A stretch of 60,611 nt of DNA, counting the filler, from Perkinsus olseni (Eukaryota), in assembly GCA_013115125.1 (NCBI GenBank). It is 7 parts of 7 records of this genome, joined end to end, with 100 filler letters (N's around TTAATTAATTAA, not from the genome) between each part and the next. Parts side by side here need not be neighbours in the genome. Positions count along the whole stretch, not along the records: positions 1 to 8,594 come from JABANN010000958.1; positions 8,695 to 17,281 come from JABANN010000959.1; 5 more parts are not named here. One strand, written 5' to 3'. Positions 1 to 10,989 of this stretch are shown piece after piece; position 1 is the stretch's first letter; each line of letters begins with the position of its first letter. Made by a program: the position numbers and the translations under genes. The notes under the pieces were generated by a model. The model searched no databases and was not told where the DNA came from. It worked only from the letters and a program-made list of their open reading frames with translations.

Positions 1-527
1 AAGCACGATCCAGATCGCAAAAATAATTCAAGATTCAAGAGAATCTCAAGCGGTCGTTCGTCTTGCTTGGTCGACTGGTCTGTCTAATTCGATGCCTCCT
101 GACGGAATCCTCTCATTTCTATGTATTCCCCCGTTATTATTCCGCGGCATTATTTCCGTATCCCCTGCGTCTGATGCTGATCATGTTATTCTCAATCTGA
201 CTCGACCCATCGTTGCTTTGCATACCATGATCGTTCTGCAATTCTCGCTATTGCAGGTATTCTGAGTTATACGACGACGATTGCGATCGAAGCCAGCCTG
301 GCTTGGCCAGGCGAGGTCGAATCAGGGGGCGAACGCTGCCGAGGCAGCCTTCCGTAGCATTAGCAATAGCCCTGTAACCGTAACACTTGACTCAAACAAT
401 TGATGCAACCGGCACGTGTAGTGTATTGAAATAGTAACTTGCGGAAGGGATTCCCTCTTGAATAGCGAATCATGCAACAACGTACGGAAAAAGTTGTTGA
501 TGACATCGGAAGAAAAAGGTAGTGAGG

Positions 528-1076
528 CTAAGATGAGGCTAGAAAGACCTCTACACCGCGGAGGAGGACTCGCTCGCCACCAACGTTAGCCGGAGGACTG
601 GCTGATTCATCAGCAGTGCTCGAGTGCGAATCATGCTCAGGTAGCCGAGCAGGGTCAGAAGGCGGACCAGGATCCGATGACGGATCAGAGTCGGGTGGTG
701 TTGGTGGACGATAGTCGTCAGGCCAACCGGGACCCGATGACGAAGGAGAGTTGGGTGGTGTTGGTGGACGATAGTCGTCAGGCGAACCGGGACCCGAAGA
801 CGAAGGAGAGTCGGGTGGTGTTGGTGGACGATAGTCGTCAGGCGAACCAGGACCCGATGACGAAGCAGAGTCGGGTGGTGCTGGCGGACGATGGTCGTCA
901 GGCGAATCGGGATCCGATGACGAAGCAGAGTCGGGTGGTGCTGGCGGAAGATAGTCAGAAGCCGGACCAGAATCAGCTGTCGGAGTATGGTCAGACGGCG
1001 AGCCACCAGGCTCACCAACAGCGTTACAATATTCCTTGAACACCAGAAAGCAGAGCAAGTGCAGCGAAAGGTTCAT
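528..1076 (-). CDS. Secreted Pro/Asp/Ser-rich repeat protein, paralog D (first exon; downstream exons unresolved)
   Basis: Hydrophobic N-terminus MNLSLHLLCFLVFKEYCNA, about five 60-bp/20-aa repeats (DDYRPPTPPDSPSSSGPGSP), ends in RVLLRG motif shared with paralogs. Confidence 0.65.
   Translation of the reverse strand: MNLSLHLLCFLVFKEYCNAVGEPGGSPSDHTPTADSGPASDYLPPAPPDSASSSDPDSPDDHRPPAPPDSASSSGPGSPDDYRPPTPPDSPSSSGPGSPDDYRPPTPPNSPSSSGPGWPDDYRPPTPPDSDPSSDPGPPSDPARLPEHDSHSSTADESASPPANVGGERVLLRGVEVFLASS
665..970. repeat. 60-bp coding tandem repeat, about 5 copies
   Basis: Near-identical units visible on successive 60-nt lines 661-960. Confidence 0.9.
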
Positions 1077-1199
1077 GACGCGAGTCACTCAGAAACGGCG
1101 GATGAACAGAGAGCGGGCGGTTGGCAATTTTGTGCGTATGCACACGGCGAAATGATCGATTCCACACATGCGTGGACTTTGAGCATCGAAGGGTGACCT

Positions 1200-1660
1200 C
1201 TGCAATCAAAACGGCATTTCGTATCAATGTTAGCTGAATTTGAACGGTGTCGGTGTGGGTATACAGTGTAGCACGAAAGCCACTGCCTCAGTAGCGACCT
1301 GTATTGGTTGCATCTCCTCCCCTCCGTCAGCCTGATAAGAAGCTTTGTCGTAGACAAGAACACGCTTTGAAATTGGTAAGGGCACTACACGATGATTGGA
1401 CCGCAAGAGCAGCTATTCCGCAGTCATCGGGGATAAAGGGCTTTGCTGTTTTCGATAAGATACTCCATTTTACTGGAGTGTCACACAGCACCGTGTACAA
1501 AGTCACCTTCAAGATCGGATACTTCTTCACCTAGGAAAAACGACTCGGCTGCAGAAATCGTCGCGGGGGAAATAAGCCTTGTCATGAAAGGCAACAGATC
1601 AGCACATGTCCCTTTGACTATCGGCACAGATATTGCGATGGCCCCAGAAAGATAGTCGGC
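1200..1660 (-). pseudogene. Degenerate block homologous to 7150-7620; probable 3' part of paralog C separated by insertions
   Basis: VAFHDKAYFPRDDF vs VAYHNKAY.PHDDY and RVLVYDKASYQADG vs RVLVYYEASYPADG; frameshifts present. Confidence 0.45.
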
Positions 1661-2329
1661 ACCTTATCGGCTAGGAACGTACCCCCAAAGGAGTGCTTCT
1701 ACGTCTGATGTAGGGCGGCGTCGCCGCCGCGGGGAGGCAGGTGGTGGATATGTAACTAAATATACCTCTCTCCTGAATTGCAGGTGAACATACAGGAATG
1801 AATACAACGTGTGCAAAACGATCCTGGAAGCGCTCTCGTCGAACCTCAGGAGACACTGTTTACTGAACACCCAGGGTGACTGTTCTAGTCCTCTATTCGT
1901 GCCTTCCTCGAGACGGACTGGAGCTTTGCAGTGAACTCTCTCCTATTCTTGCGTAGCTCTTTGAGCTAGCCTGTGCCCTTTCGTCCTTCCGCGCTAGGCG
2001 ACGATATTTTAATGTATTATGGTACCATGGTGAATATTCGAGCGTCAGACCAGTATCTCTTCCTGCATCCCCGTAACTGAGTGAAGCATGGCTTTGCTGA
2101 GTCAAGATGGAAATAACAACACCCTTCTGAGGAAGACCGAGAGATGAACAAGATAAAGAATATCACTGGAGGAGCCTGTAGAGCAGAAGGCTGAAAAAGT
2201 TCTACGAAGAGTGGCGAATCAGCAGCTGAGGCAGAGGCTAGACCGGTGATGGTGCCGTGAAGCTATCATAGCGAGGCCACACTCAGGTCACAGACCGCGC
2301 CGTGAACGCGTGCCGGGCACTCCAACCCC

Positions 2330-4750
2330 AGATACGCCCTAGTAGGATGAACCTCCTCTCTGGATAGCCCCTCCTGAAAGCTCATGCACCCGACACAGGA
2401 AAAGATCATCGGATTTCATATTTACATCCAATAGAACCAAACACATCGTCGCTTGACGTGTGGCAATTAGTTCATCACTCGCTGTACTGGAGGTCTTCTG
2501 AATCACATCAGTCGATAAAACCATACAAGCAGCGATCAGAGCACTCTCTACATCCGACGTGATAATACTACTCGAGTAACCAGCATCGACTCTAACAAAG
2601 AAATCAGACAACTGCGGCACATTAAGTGTAGTAATCTCTGACACATCATCGCTACAGTACTTAGCAGTAGAAGAAACCTGTTTAGAGCCGACCTTTCCAT
2701 TAGTCGTCGCAGTTAACGGGGAATCCAGCAGTAAAAGCAGTAGCAGTTGTCGTATTGGTAGTAACAGCGGGTGAGTGACAACTGGTACAATGACAACTGG
2801 TACACCCCCGGGCTCGTACAGGCTTTATTCGGTATTCCTTTCATTCATACAGGAGTATCTCGTGCACTTTCAGGCCGTACAGTGATAAGTCGTGCAGCGA
2901 CAGTTTGTACAGTTGCCAGTAATACAGTGTCGTTCAGTACAGTGCCCACAGATACAGCGAAAAGTCGTACACTATCCAGCCGTATACTGACCATTCATAC
3001 AGTATTCAGCGGTAAAAGCTTTATTCGTACAGTGTTATTCGGTACAGCTGCCTCCTTACGCAAAATTTGTGGAGGAGTTATTTAGATAGCTAAAACTCTT
3101 TCAGGGAGATTAGAACTTAGGCCACTTACGTAAGAAACCACTGTCTTATCCAACTCGCCTGAAAACCCATTTCCAATCCAGAAGGCAGAAGGGTTCAATG
3201 CCCACGGGTAGATATTAGTGCCCAGGGTATCCCCGGCGGGGAAACCTCCAGCTCGTGACATCTATCGATGAGAAGGGCTAACACTCAAGGCCACAGACCT
3301 AGAGGACCCAGAGGATGATGCACTGCACACCTGGTAACTGACAAAAATTAGTCGGTTCAATGGATTCTAATGCTTCGCGGACGCGAAATTGGCGTAGTGG
3401 TAGGAGCGCCTGTCATCAAGCGGATGACCCGGAATTGATCCCAATAGTATCTAGCAGGGGAGGAGTGGCCAGAGTCGCCAATCAGGAGAGAGTCGCGCGC
3501 GGAGCGCGCGGGCAATTTTTCACTCGTTATTCTTGCGCGGCGCAAAAATAATGAGTAAAAAATTGCCCAGCTGTACGAAAATTCGATGTACGAAATAATA
3601 CTGTACGAGTTTCAACTGTATGAGTCGGAACCGTACGACTTGTCACTGTACGTACTGGAAGTGTACCACTGGATACTGTACGGATCGTCAGTATACGGGT
3701 TATCAGTGTATGGGCTGAAACTGTACGGCTGGATACTGTACGAGACTCGTACTACGAGTCGTCAGTGTATGGCCCAAGACTGTACGTCTGGAAACTGTAC
3801 GGATCAGGCTTGTACGAAGGAAATTTCTACGAGTCGTCACTGTACTGAACGATCCTAACCGGTAACAGCACCTACAACGTTTTTCTTAGAACACATTCAA
3901 TCCCTCACATCCTTAATGGGAGCATGGGTAGAATGATACAATTGAGGGCGAGTATTTTCGATACTGTCCATGTAATCGCACCAGGCCAATATATCAGCAC
4001 AAGATTTCTTCTTATCAGTGAGCATCTCTTCGCATTTTTCAGCAAATTCTCCGTCAGTAACATATGTATCGTAGAAGGTAAACGTTCTCTACACCAAAAG
4101 CTTGAGCAATCTCTAAGCCGACAGGGTTCACCGAGGGGTCGAGAGACGGGTTCTCCACCATGTTAACCATTAGGGAACTCAAGTCAATGGTTCCGTGGAA
4201 TCCTGAGATTCTGTCTTCCATACTTGAACTACAGTAATAGCATTATCTACTAGCGTCGGCTAAGCTAAGGCTCCATAGTTGTGCACTTGCGCAACTACAG
4301 CGATCCGGGTCCAGAATACCATCGTGTTCATCATCAATCGCGGTCGTGGCCCCTTGACATGGTCGAGTACGCTCAAAGCTTGCCAGTACCAGACCATCGG
4401 GGCTCCCGGGTGTCGATCATTCGGCACAGAATGACATGTGCTCACTCAGTAAAGCTTGTATGGTTCGCCCGACGGCATATCAGTGAGAGACTCCCGTTAA
4501 TTGATCCAACACAACTGAATACATTCCTTATCTCAGTCAACTCTAACGTATAATCTGTGTCTCCAGCAGGCTGGCTACTTCCAGCCTCTGGGATCTGCAT
4601 CATCTGCTATAGACGATCTGTCCCATTATCGTTGAGCTTGTAGCTCAATATATCGATCACGCTTCAGCGCAATGTCTGCTCGTGTCCACGCAGACAGCGC
4701 TTGTGTGACGACCGATGCGCTCCAGCCAACAAGCTTTCGGATAATCTTGA
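2330..4750 (-). mobile_element. Decayed LTR-retrotransposon gag-protease remnant (split by the DNA element at 2769-3861)
   Basis: Retropepsin-like FFVRVDAGYSSSII...ILLG at ~2330-2600; coding-like frame continues across the TSD; many stops and frameshifts. Confidence 0.45.
2769..3861. mobile_element. Non-autonomous DNA transposon (MITE/MULE-like) with inverted 15-bp-period subterminal arrays
   Basis: 8-bp direct repeat GTAACAGC at 2761-2768 and 3862-3869; imperfect termini GGGTGAG.. / ..CTAACCG; about 18 CTGTAC-core units on - (2777-3047) and 19 on + (3571-3854). Confidence 0.8.
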
Positions 4751-5157
4751 TAATATCAAGATTACACGAAGCTTTGCTGAATTAGTATCAAGTTGATATA
4801 TAATATAGCAAAATACTATTATGAATAATAATATTTTAATATTTCATATATTCTCATCCCATTAATGACTTGAACACGAAAAGTTGATAGCACTGCCACG
4901 TGTAGCCTGTTGCAAATACTAATGGACCGCTTAAAATAAGTCTAGCTCGAGCAAAAAAAATTTTAATACCTACTAGGGGGAAGAACCATGCAACAACGTA
5001 CGGAAAATGTTGTTGATGTCTCGAGAGAGGTACGACCAATACACTCGTGAGGCCGATACTAACAAAACTTCAACACCCGGGAATCGGGTTAGGAAAAAGC
5101 ATCGATCCAATACTCAATAACATTGGACTGTCTCTGGGCGTTCTACGTCGGGCACAA

Positions 5158-5613
5158 TCAACAGTCAAGATTGGTTACCTTCGCACGGCGAAGGAGGACC
5201 CGCCCGCTATCGTGATAAGCCTGCTCCTCGGGCACCGTTGACAGACCGGAATCTAATGGCTGAGCAGAATCAGGTGGTGGACCAGAGTCAGATGGCTGAT
5301 CAGATTGAGGTGGCGGACCAGAGCCAGATGGCTGATCAGATTGAGGTGGTGGACCAGAGTCAGATGGCAGACCGGAATCGGGTGGTGGAATGGCGTCAAA
5401 TGGACCAGGCGAATCATCAGAGTCTTCTGAGTCAGACGAGTGAGCAGAGTTTGGCGGCGGAGCAGGGCCATCCGGCGGCTGATCAGGGTCAGATGGTCGC
5501 TTGCGCACAAGGATGAGGAAAACACCATCATCTGGCCCACCGCGGGCGGTACAATACTTAATAGCGACCAGCAAGCAACACAAGGGAAGGTAAAGGGTCA
5601 TGACGCGGACCAT
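5158..5613 (-). CDS. Secreted Pro/Asp/Ser-rich repeat protein, paralog C (first exon)
   Basis: Signal-like MTLYLPLCCLLVAIKYCTA; 36-bp repeats (PPQSDQPSDSGP); RVLLRRAK followed by AG|GTAACC donor. Confidence 0.65.
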   Translation of the reverse strand: MVRVMTLYLPLCCLLVAIKYCTARGGPDDGVFLILVRKRPSDPDQPPDGPAPPPNSAHSSDSEDSDDSPGPFDAIPPPDSGLPSDSGPPPQSDQPSGSGPPPQSDQPSDSGPPPDSAQPLDSGLSTVPEEQAYHDSGRVLLRRAKVTNLDC

Positions 5614-6392
5614 TCGATAAGGTGGAAAATTAACGGAGAATGAACAGTTGATAATCTCGCACACAAACTGTAGCTTTGCCTGACACACAGAAATCATCGA
5701 TATCATTCAGGCATGCGCGCCACGACGAGCTACGGGTGGCATCTAGTTTCTGCGTTTGTGCGCTTCGACTTCCCACGTTTCTCCATCGGAGGGGTAATCT
5801 GACTCACGTGGTAGTGGTACACGCTTACGGACTCGAAGAGGATCGCTGAAGGGCGGACACGACAGCAGCGCTGTCGTGAGGGACGGGTGGGTCAAAACAT
5901 CGACAGGACACCCGGCACTACCGTGCCAGACGCTGACCTCTCACGATGAACGGCTCGGTGACGTACACCGCCCCGCACGCGTACACACAATTGTCTCCTC
6001 CGGCGGACTACCGTGGATTTTCCTTCGACACACGGAGTGTATCGATTACTATAATTATTGCTCTGTGCAAAATTGTATGAAGCTAGTAACTGCATCCCGA
6101 CTTGAACTCAAGCAATTGATGCAGCCGGCACATGTAGTGTATTAACATTTGAAAAAGTCGAGCCCAGGTGAGGAATACCCTCGATACCCAAAGAGCGAGC
6201 CATGCAACAACGTACGGAAAAGTTGCTGATGACTTTGAAAAAGAGGGAATCGAGCTGAGCAATACACCACTGAAACAGTCGAAAGGGGGCCCCATTACTC
6301 TCACGACTCCACGACCGACCAGAGTCAGGCATGCGCTTTCGATACAACACTCAATCACACTGGACTGCCTTTCGTCACTTCACCTTGGGCGT

Positions 6393-7025
6393 TCAATAAT
6401 CAAGATCAGGTACCTCCGCACGACGGAGGAGCACTCGCCCGTCATCAGAATCAGAATCAGACTCAGAATCGGATGACGGGCCACGCTCAAGTGGCTGAAC
6501 AGGGTCCGATGACGAACCCGAGTCAGCTGCCGGACCAGACTCAGGTGGTGCATCAGAGTCAGATGGCGGACCAGACTCGGGTGGCGGACCAGACTCAGGT
6601 GGCGGGCCCGACTCAGGTGGCTGTACAGGGTCAGATAGCATGCCTGGCTCAGGTGGCGGGCCCGCCTCAGGTGGCTGTACAAACTCAGATGGCGGACCAG
6701 GCTCAGGTGGCTGCACAGGGTCAGATGGCGGACCAGGCTCAGGTGGCTGTACAGGGTCAGATGATATACCAGACTCGGGTGGCGGACCAGACTCAGGTGG
6801 CGGACCAGACTCAGATGGTATACCAGACTCGGGTGGCGGACCAGACTCAGATGGCATACCAGACTCGGGTGGCTGTACAGCGTCAGATGGCGGACCAGAG
6901 TCAGTTGGTGGGCCAGGGTCAGATGTCGGAGGAAGGTCAGACGGCGAGCCATCGGGCTCATCACCAACAGCGTTACAATACTCAATAGTTACCAGCAAGC
7001 AGAACAAACGCAGTAGAAGGTTCAT
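6393..7025 (-). CDS. Secreted Pro/Glu/Ser-rich repeat protein, paralog B (first exon)
   Basis: Signal-like MNLLLRLFCLLVTIEYCNA; many 18-bp PPESGP/SDPVQP units; RVLLRRAE|GTACCT. Confidence 0.7.
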   Translation of the reverse strand: MNLLLRLFCLLVTIEYCNAVGDEPDGSPSDLPPTSDPGPPTDSGPPSDAVQPPESGMPSESGPPPESGIPSESGPPPESGPPPESGISSDPVQPPEPGPPSDPVQPPEPGPPSEFVQPPEAGPPPEPGMLSDPVQPPESGPPPESGPPPESGPPSDSDAPPESGPAADSGSSSDPVQPLERGPSSDSESDSDSDDGRVLLRRAEVPDLDY

Positions 7026-7149
7026 GACGCCGGTCACCTATTACAGCAGATGAACAGAGAGCGGGCGGTTGGCAATTCCGCACGCACGCCCATGGCGAAA
7101 TGAGCGATCTGCTTCACGCATGCGTGCAATGTGATAATCAAGGTTTCAT

Positions 7150-8444
7150 CTCTGCGATCAATTCTTTGCTCTGTATCGATTTAGGCTGAAGTTCTCCTGC
7201 TCTGAAGCCGCTGAGGATATACCGCGTAGCGCGGAAGCCGTCCACTCGGTAGAGCCCTGCATTGGTTTCATTGCTACCTCTCCGTCCGCCGGATAAGAAG
7301 CTTCGTAGTAGACGAGAACACGCTGTAATTTTTGTGAAGGCAGCACACGACGAGTGTACCGAAAGAGCTACTATCCAGAGAATTCGTACTTTTCGCTACG
7401 ATACTTCATTCGACCGAAGCGTCACAAAGTATCATGTGACATGCCACTTTCAGCATGTCAACTTCGAGATCGCATATTCTTGCTCCACGGAGAATCGCTC
7501 GCTCACGATAGTCGTCGTGAGGAAGAGTAGGCCTTGTTATGATAGGCAACGGATTAAGTCTTGTCTCTTGGGCTATTGTCATGAGTATTGCATTGACCCT
7601 GAAACGATCTTCGCATCTTTTTCGCTAGTAGGGTACCCCGGAGGGGTACCGAGGGGCGCTCGGACGCCCGCGTAGGGAAAGGATCCATAAAAAATGAGAA
7701 TCCATAAAAATCCATTAAATGGATTGCTTGAGATAAGTCTAGTCCGGACAAGAGATGCCGGTGAGAAAGCGAACAAGGGAACGTACGGAAAAGTTGTTGA
7801 TCCTGAAAGAACGGAGTTGACCAGAGAAAATACGGCCAATACGTCTCAGAGTGTCCTATCCGCCAGAACTCGAGCTCTGACGCATGGAATAAGACAGTCG
7901 AGCAAGACTAGTTAATACAATAGTCAATAACACTGGCCGGTCTATTGGCGCTTCAAGTTGGGCGCATTCAACAGTCGGGGTCGGATACCTTCGCACGTCG
8001 GAGGAAAGCTCGCCCGCTGTCGTCAGGAGCCGGAAGATTCTGGTCCATCTCAGGTAGCGGACCAGAGTTAGACGGCAGACCAAAATCAGGTGGCGGACCA
8101 AAGTCAGATGCCAGACCAGAGTCAGGTGGTGGCGGACCAGAGTCAGACGGCAGGCCAGAGTCAGGTGGAGGCAGATCAGAGTCAGGTAGCGGCAGCTCAG
8201 AGTCAGATGACAGACCATAATCGGGTGGCAGTTCAGAGTCAGACGAATCATCAGAGTCAGACGAATGACCAGATTCAGGTGGCGGAGCAGGTTCATCTGG
8301 CTGCTGATCAGGGTTAGATGGCCGCTTGGGCACAATGATGAGGACGACACGGGCATTATCATCTGGCCCACCGGCGGCGGTACAACCCTCAATAGCGGCC
8401 AGCAAGCAAGACACGCGAAGGAAAAGGTTCATGACGCGGACCAT
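7150..8444 (-). CDS. Secreted Pro/Asp/Ser-rich repeat protein, paralog A (first exon 7989-8444 plus degenerate downstream exons)
   Basis: Signal-like MNLFLRVSCLLAAIEGCTA; PPDSGL repeats; RAFLRRAK|GTATCC; upstream region homologous to that of paralog C. Confidence 0.6.
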
Positions 8445-8594
8445 TTTATAAGGTGTAAAATGAACGGAGAATGAACGGTAGACAATCTCGCACGCATGCT
8501 GTAGTTTTGCCTGTCACGCAGAAGTTGAGCTCTGCGAAGCAGAAGTGATGTTTAAACGAGCCAAGCGGCACGTTAGACAAAACACACAATAAGA

Positions 8595-8694
8595 NNNNNN
8601 NNNNNNNNNNNNNNNNNNNNNNNNNNNNNNNNNNNNNNTTAATTAATTAANNNNNNNNNNNNNNNNNNNNNNNNNNNNNNNNNNNNNNNNNNNN
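8595..8694. other. Artificial contig linker (N44-TTAATTAATTAA-N44)
   Basis: Identical 100-bp linker with six-frame stops; also at 17282-17381, 25968-26067, 34648-34747, 43324-43423 and 51985-52084. Contigs between linkers decrease in length (8587, 8586, 8580, 8576, 8561). Confidence 0.97.
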
Positions 8695-8970
8695 AAACAC
8701 GTAGTATGTGCTGAATTAGACTGATTTTTGTGATTTGCATATCGAATTGGAACACCCTGTATATGAACTGAGTTGCTCCTGTATCGACCTATTCTGTATC
8801 CTTCGTTAGTGGACCTAAGATGCGCTGGAATAACTGAACTGCTATCCACCATTTGAAGTGATAGGGAGATGATTCGCTTTTAAAAACCTGCTTTGTGCAC
8901 TGCGTGCGTCCTCCGGATCAATATCGCTCGTAGGTTCGACCCATTTTGTACCTTACATGCTCAACCTCAG

Positions 8971-9623
8971 GATGCTCATGTCTCGCGACGCCGCCAACCT
9001 GATAGACGTAGCAACTGATTGCTCTCACGGCAATGTTATCGAATTTCTCAAGAATTTCAAGGAATCTTGCTCGATGCGTGAAATTGTCAGGTAAAAAGAT
9101 ACCCTGCTCTCTCAGATATTTTCCGGAAATTTCCCGTAATTTTCCGGTTTTTCCAGATTCACCCGCATGGCGACCATCGCTTTTGGCGTAGTAATTATTT
9201 TACTTGCCTGGACGGCTTTTGGCTGTACGACAGGATACAGGAAAAAGGTAGTGGGGAGCATAATCGATCACCCGGGCGAGCGCTTTTTACGAGGATATGT
9301 TTCCTTAGTTGCGACGTGATGCTAAATTGAGTAGGCAAAGACTGGAGGCTTTGAGGGTAATAATTGATTTTCCTTTAGCGGAGCGAAGTGATTATTTTTG
9401 CCATTTTTGCTTCAGGCGAACATGCCTGCAAAAGTTGAAGCTGGAGAAGCAACCTGTAAGGCTGGAGGGTAATTTCGTGGCGCGCGACAAATTTTTTGGT
9501 GCAGCGCCCCAGGGGAGTGATCGGCGGTCGGGCGGTGATGGTGTGGACGGCGGTGGTGCGGCGGAAGGGACTTCGGAGGAGGAGGAATCTTCGGAGTATG
9601 ACAGTGATGAAGACTACAGGTGA
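8971..9623 (+). CDS. 3' exons of a hypothetical single-pass membrane protein with acidic tail
   Basis: In-frame splicing across three short GT-AG introns gives ...FTRMATIAFGVVIILLAWTAFGCTTGYRKK|LRRDAKLSRQRLEALR|ANMPAK...EEEESSEYDSDEDYR*. Confidence 0.55.
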
Positions 9624-10411
9624 TATCTGGGGGGAGTGCGGGAAGGTGTGGTACGATTATTTTTTTGAGAGAAGCAAAAATGTGGAAAAACTTGAGCATG
9701 AGCAGTAACTCCGGCAGCAGGGAAGTACAGCTGAATATAAAGATACTCGGAAGGATCGCATCTGTTGTTTCGCTGCGGCACACATGAAGTCAGCGGTGCA
9801 ACAGCAATGATTATTTTGTGTCTATTTTCTGCTTTGGGCTTTTATTTTAGAAGCCGAAAAACCTATTTTTGCTTAGAAATTTTATGCTTTTGATATATAT
9901 TAAGGGGCATTGTTAACAGATATCCATGAAAAAATATAATATTAGTATAAATACAATTAGTATACGGAAAGTCATGCAATATCATAATAAAGGACCATAC
10001 ATAATATCATAATTTAAATCATAGTAAACCTTAGGGGAAGTTCATATTCACGATTTGGTTAGCTCCAGTGTTAGCGTATATCGGAATCGGATTCGTGAAA
10101 TTTTCTGCGTTCGCAGTTTTGATGTTATCGAATTAACAAGATAGGGCCGAATTGTATTTTTAGCGATATTTTTTACGGAAAAGTGGAAAATTTTGGCGAT
10201 TTTTTCTCCGCCGGGAGTAGTTTTGTTGATTTGGATATAAATCCGTACTATCCGTATGAATGTATGTGCTTGAATCATGCAGTTGTTCGTATCTGTTGGT
10301 CCCGGGTTCAATTCTGAGCGGTTGCATTTTTAGTGATTATTCGAGCGAGGAGGAGAGTGAAGAAGAGGAGGACGGGTCAGAAGAAGGAGAGTCTGGAGGG
10401 CAGTAATAATA

Positions 10412-10570
10412 TTCAAATCGATCAACCGTTTCGTGATTGTCCTGAGTGATAGTATCCAAATCGCTCAACCGTTTCATACTTGCATATCGTGGTTACATCC
10501 GGATTGATCAACCTTTTCATACGCGTAAATAGTGATAAAATCCGAATGGATCAGCCGTTTTATTAATGCA
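10412..10570. repeat. Degenerate 43-bp tandem repeat, about 4 copies
   Basis: Core ATCAACCGTTTC recurs at 10421, 10464, 10507 and 10550. Confidence 0.7.
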
Positions 10571-10989
10571 GTGCACATCATATGACTATGAAGTGTACAA
10601 ACGGATATCTAATATTCAAGCCTATAACCTATCCGTACGATTGGCATATCTTTCCAGGAGTTCGAAGTCGTCGTCTGCAGCCGAGGAAGCTGAGTGATTG
10701 TGATGATGGTATCTTTCCGACATGCTGGCATTTGGCGAGGAGGTTGTGGATCCGCTGCGACTTGTGTTGCGGAGTATGGCGATGAAAGGGATGGGAGTCC
10801 ACCACGAATTCGAGAGCGCAAAATAGAAAAATATCAGAATAAGAAAATCGGGAAATATTTTTCCCGATTTTTCCGAAAACCCGAATTCGAAATAGAATTT
10901 TATGCTGCGTTCTCTTCGCAGATCTTGACGCAAAAGTTATAGTGAGGCCGCTATGCCACCACAGCAGACCCGGAGCATCTCAGGTTGAC

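Noticed and set aside
3571-3854. CRISPR-like repeat-spacer array
   Set aside because: Repeat of 6-7 nt and spacers of 8-9 nt are far too short; eukaryotic context; no cas genes; paired inverted arm and TSD point to a transposon.
3586-3858. Tyr-rich pentapeptide-repeat ORFs (also 58708-58908)
   Set aside because: By-product of the 15-bp DNA period; this frame shifts at the 14-nt unit and the mirror arm has stops in the same frame.
5158-5200. RVLLRRAKVTNLD as the start of a GNAT domain in the contig-1 family
   Set aside because: A conserved AG|GT donor follows RRA[KE], so the remainder is probably intronic; no acetyl-CoA motif found downstream.
551-8392. Overlapping alternative-frame and antisense ORFs over the Pro-rich repeats
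   Set aside because: Shadow ORFs of stop-poor coding repeats; only the signal-peptide frame is conserved across paralogs.
8639-8650. TTAATTAATTAA repeated every ~8.7 kb
   Set aside because: Artificial six-frame-stop linker within N runs. Gene adjacency across linkers has no biological meaning.
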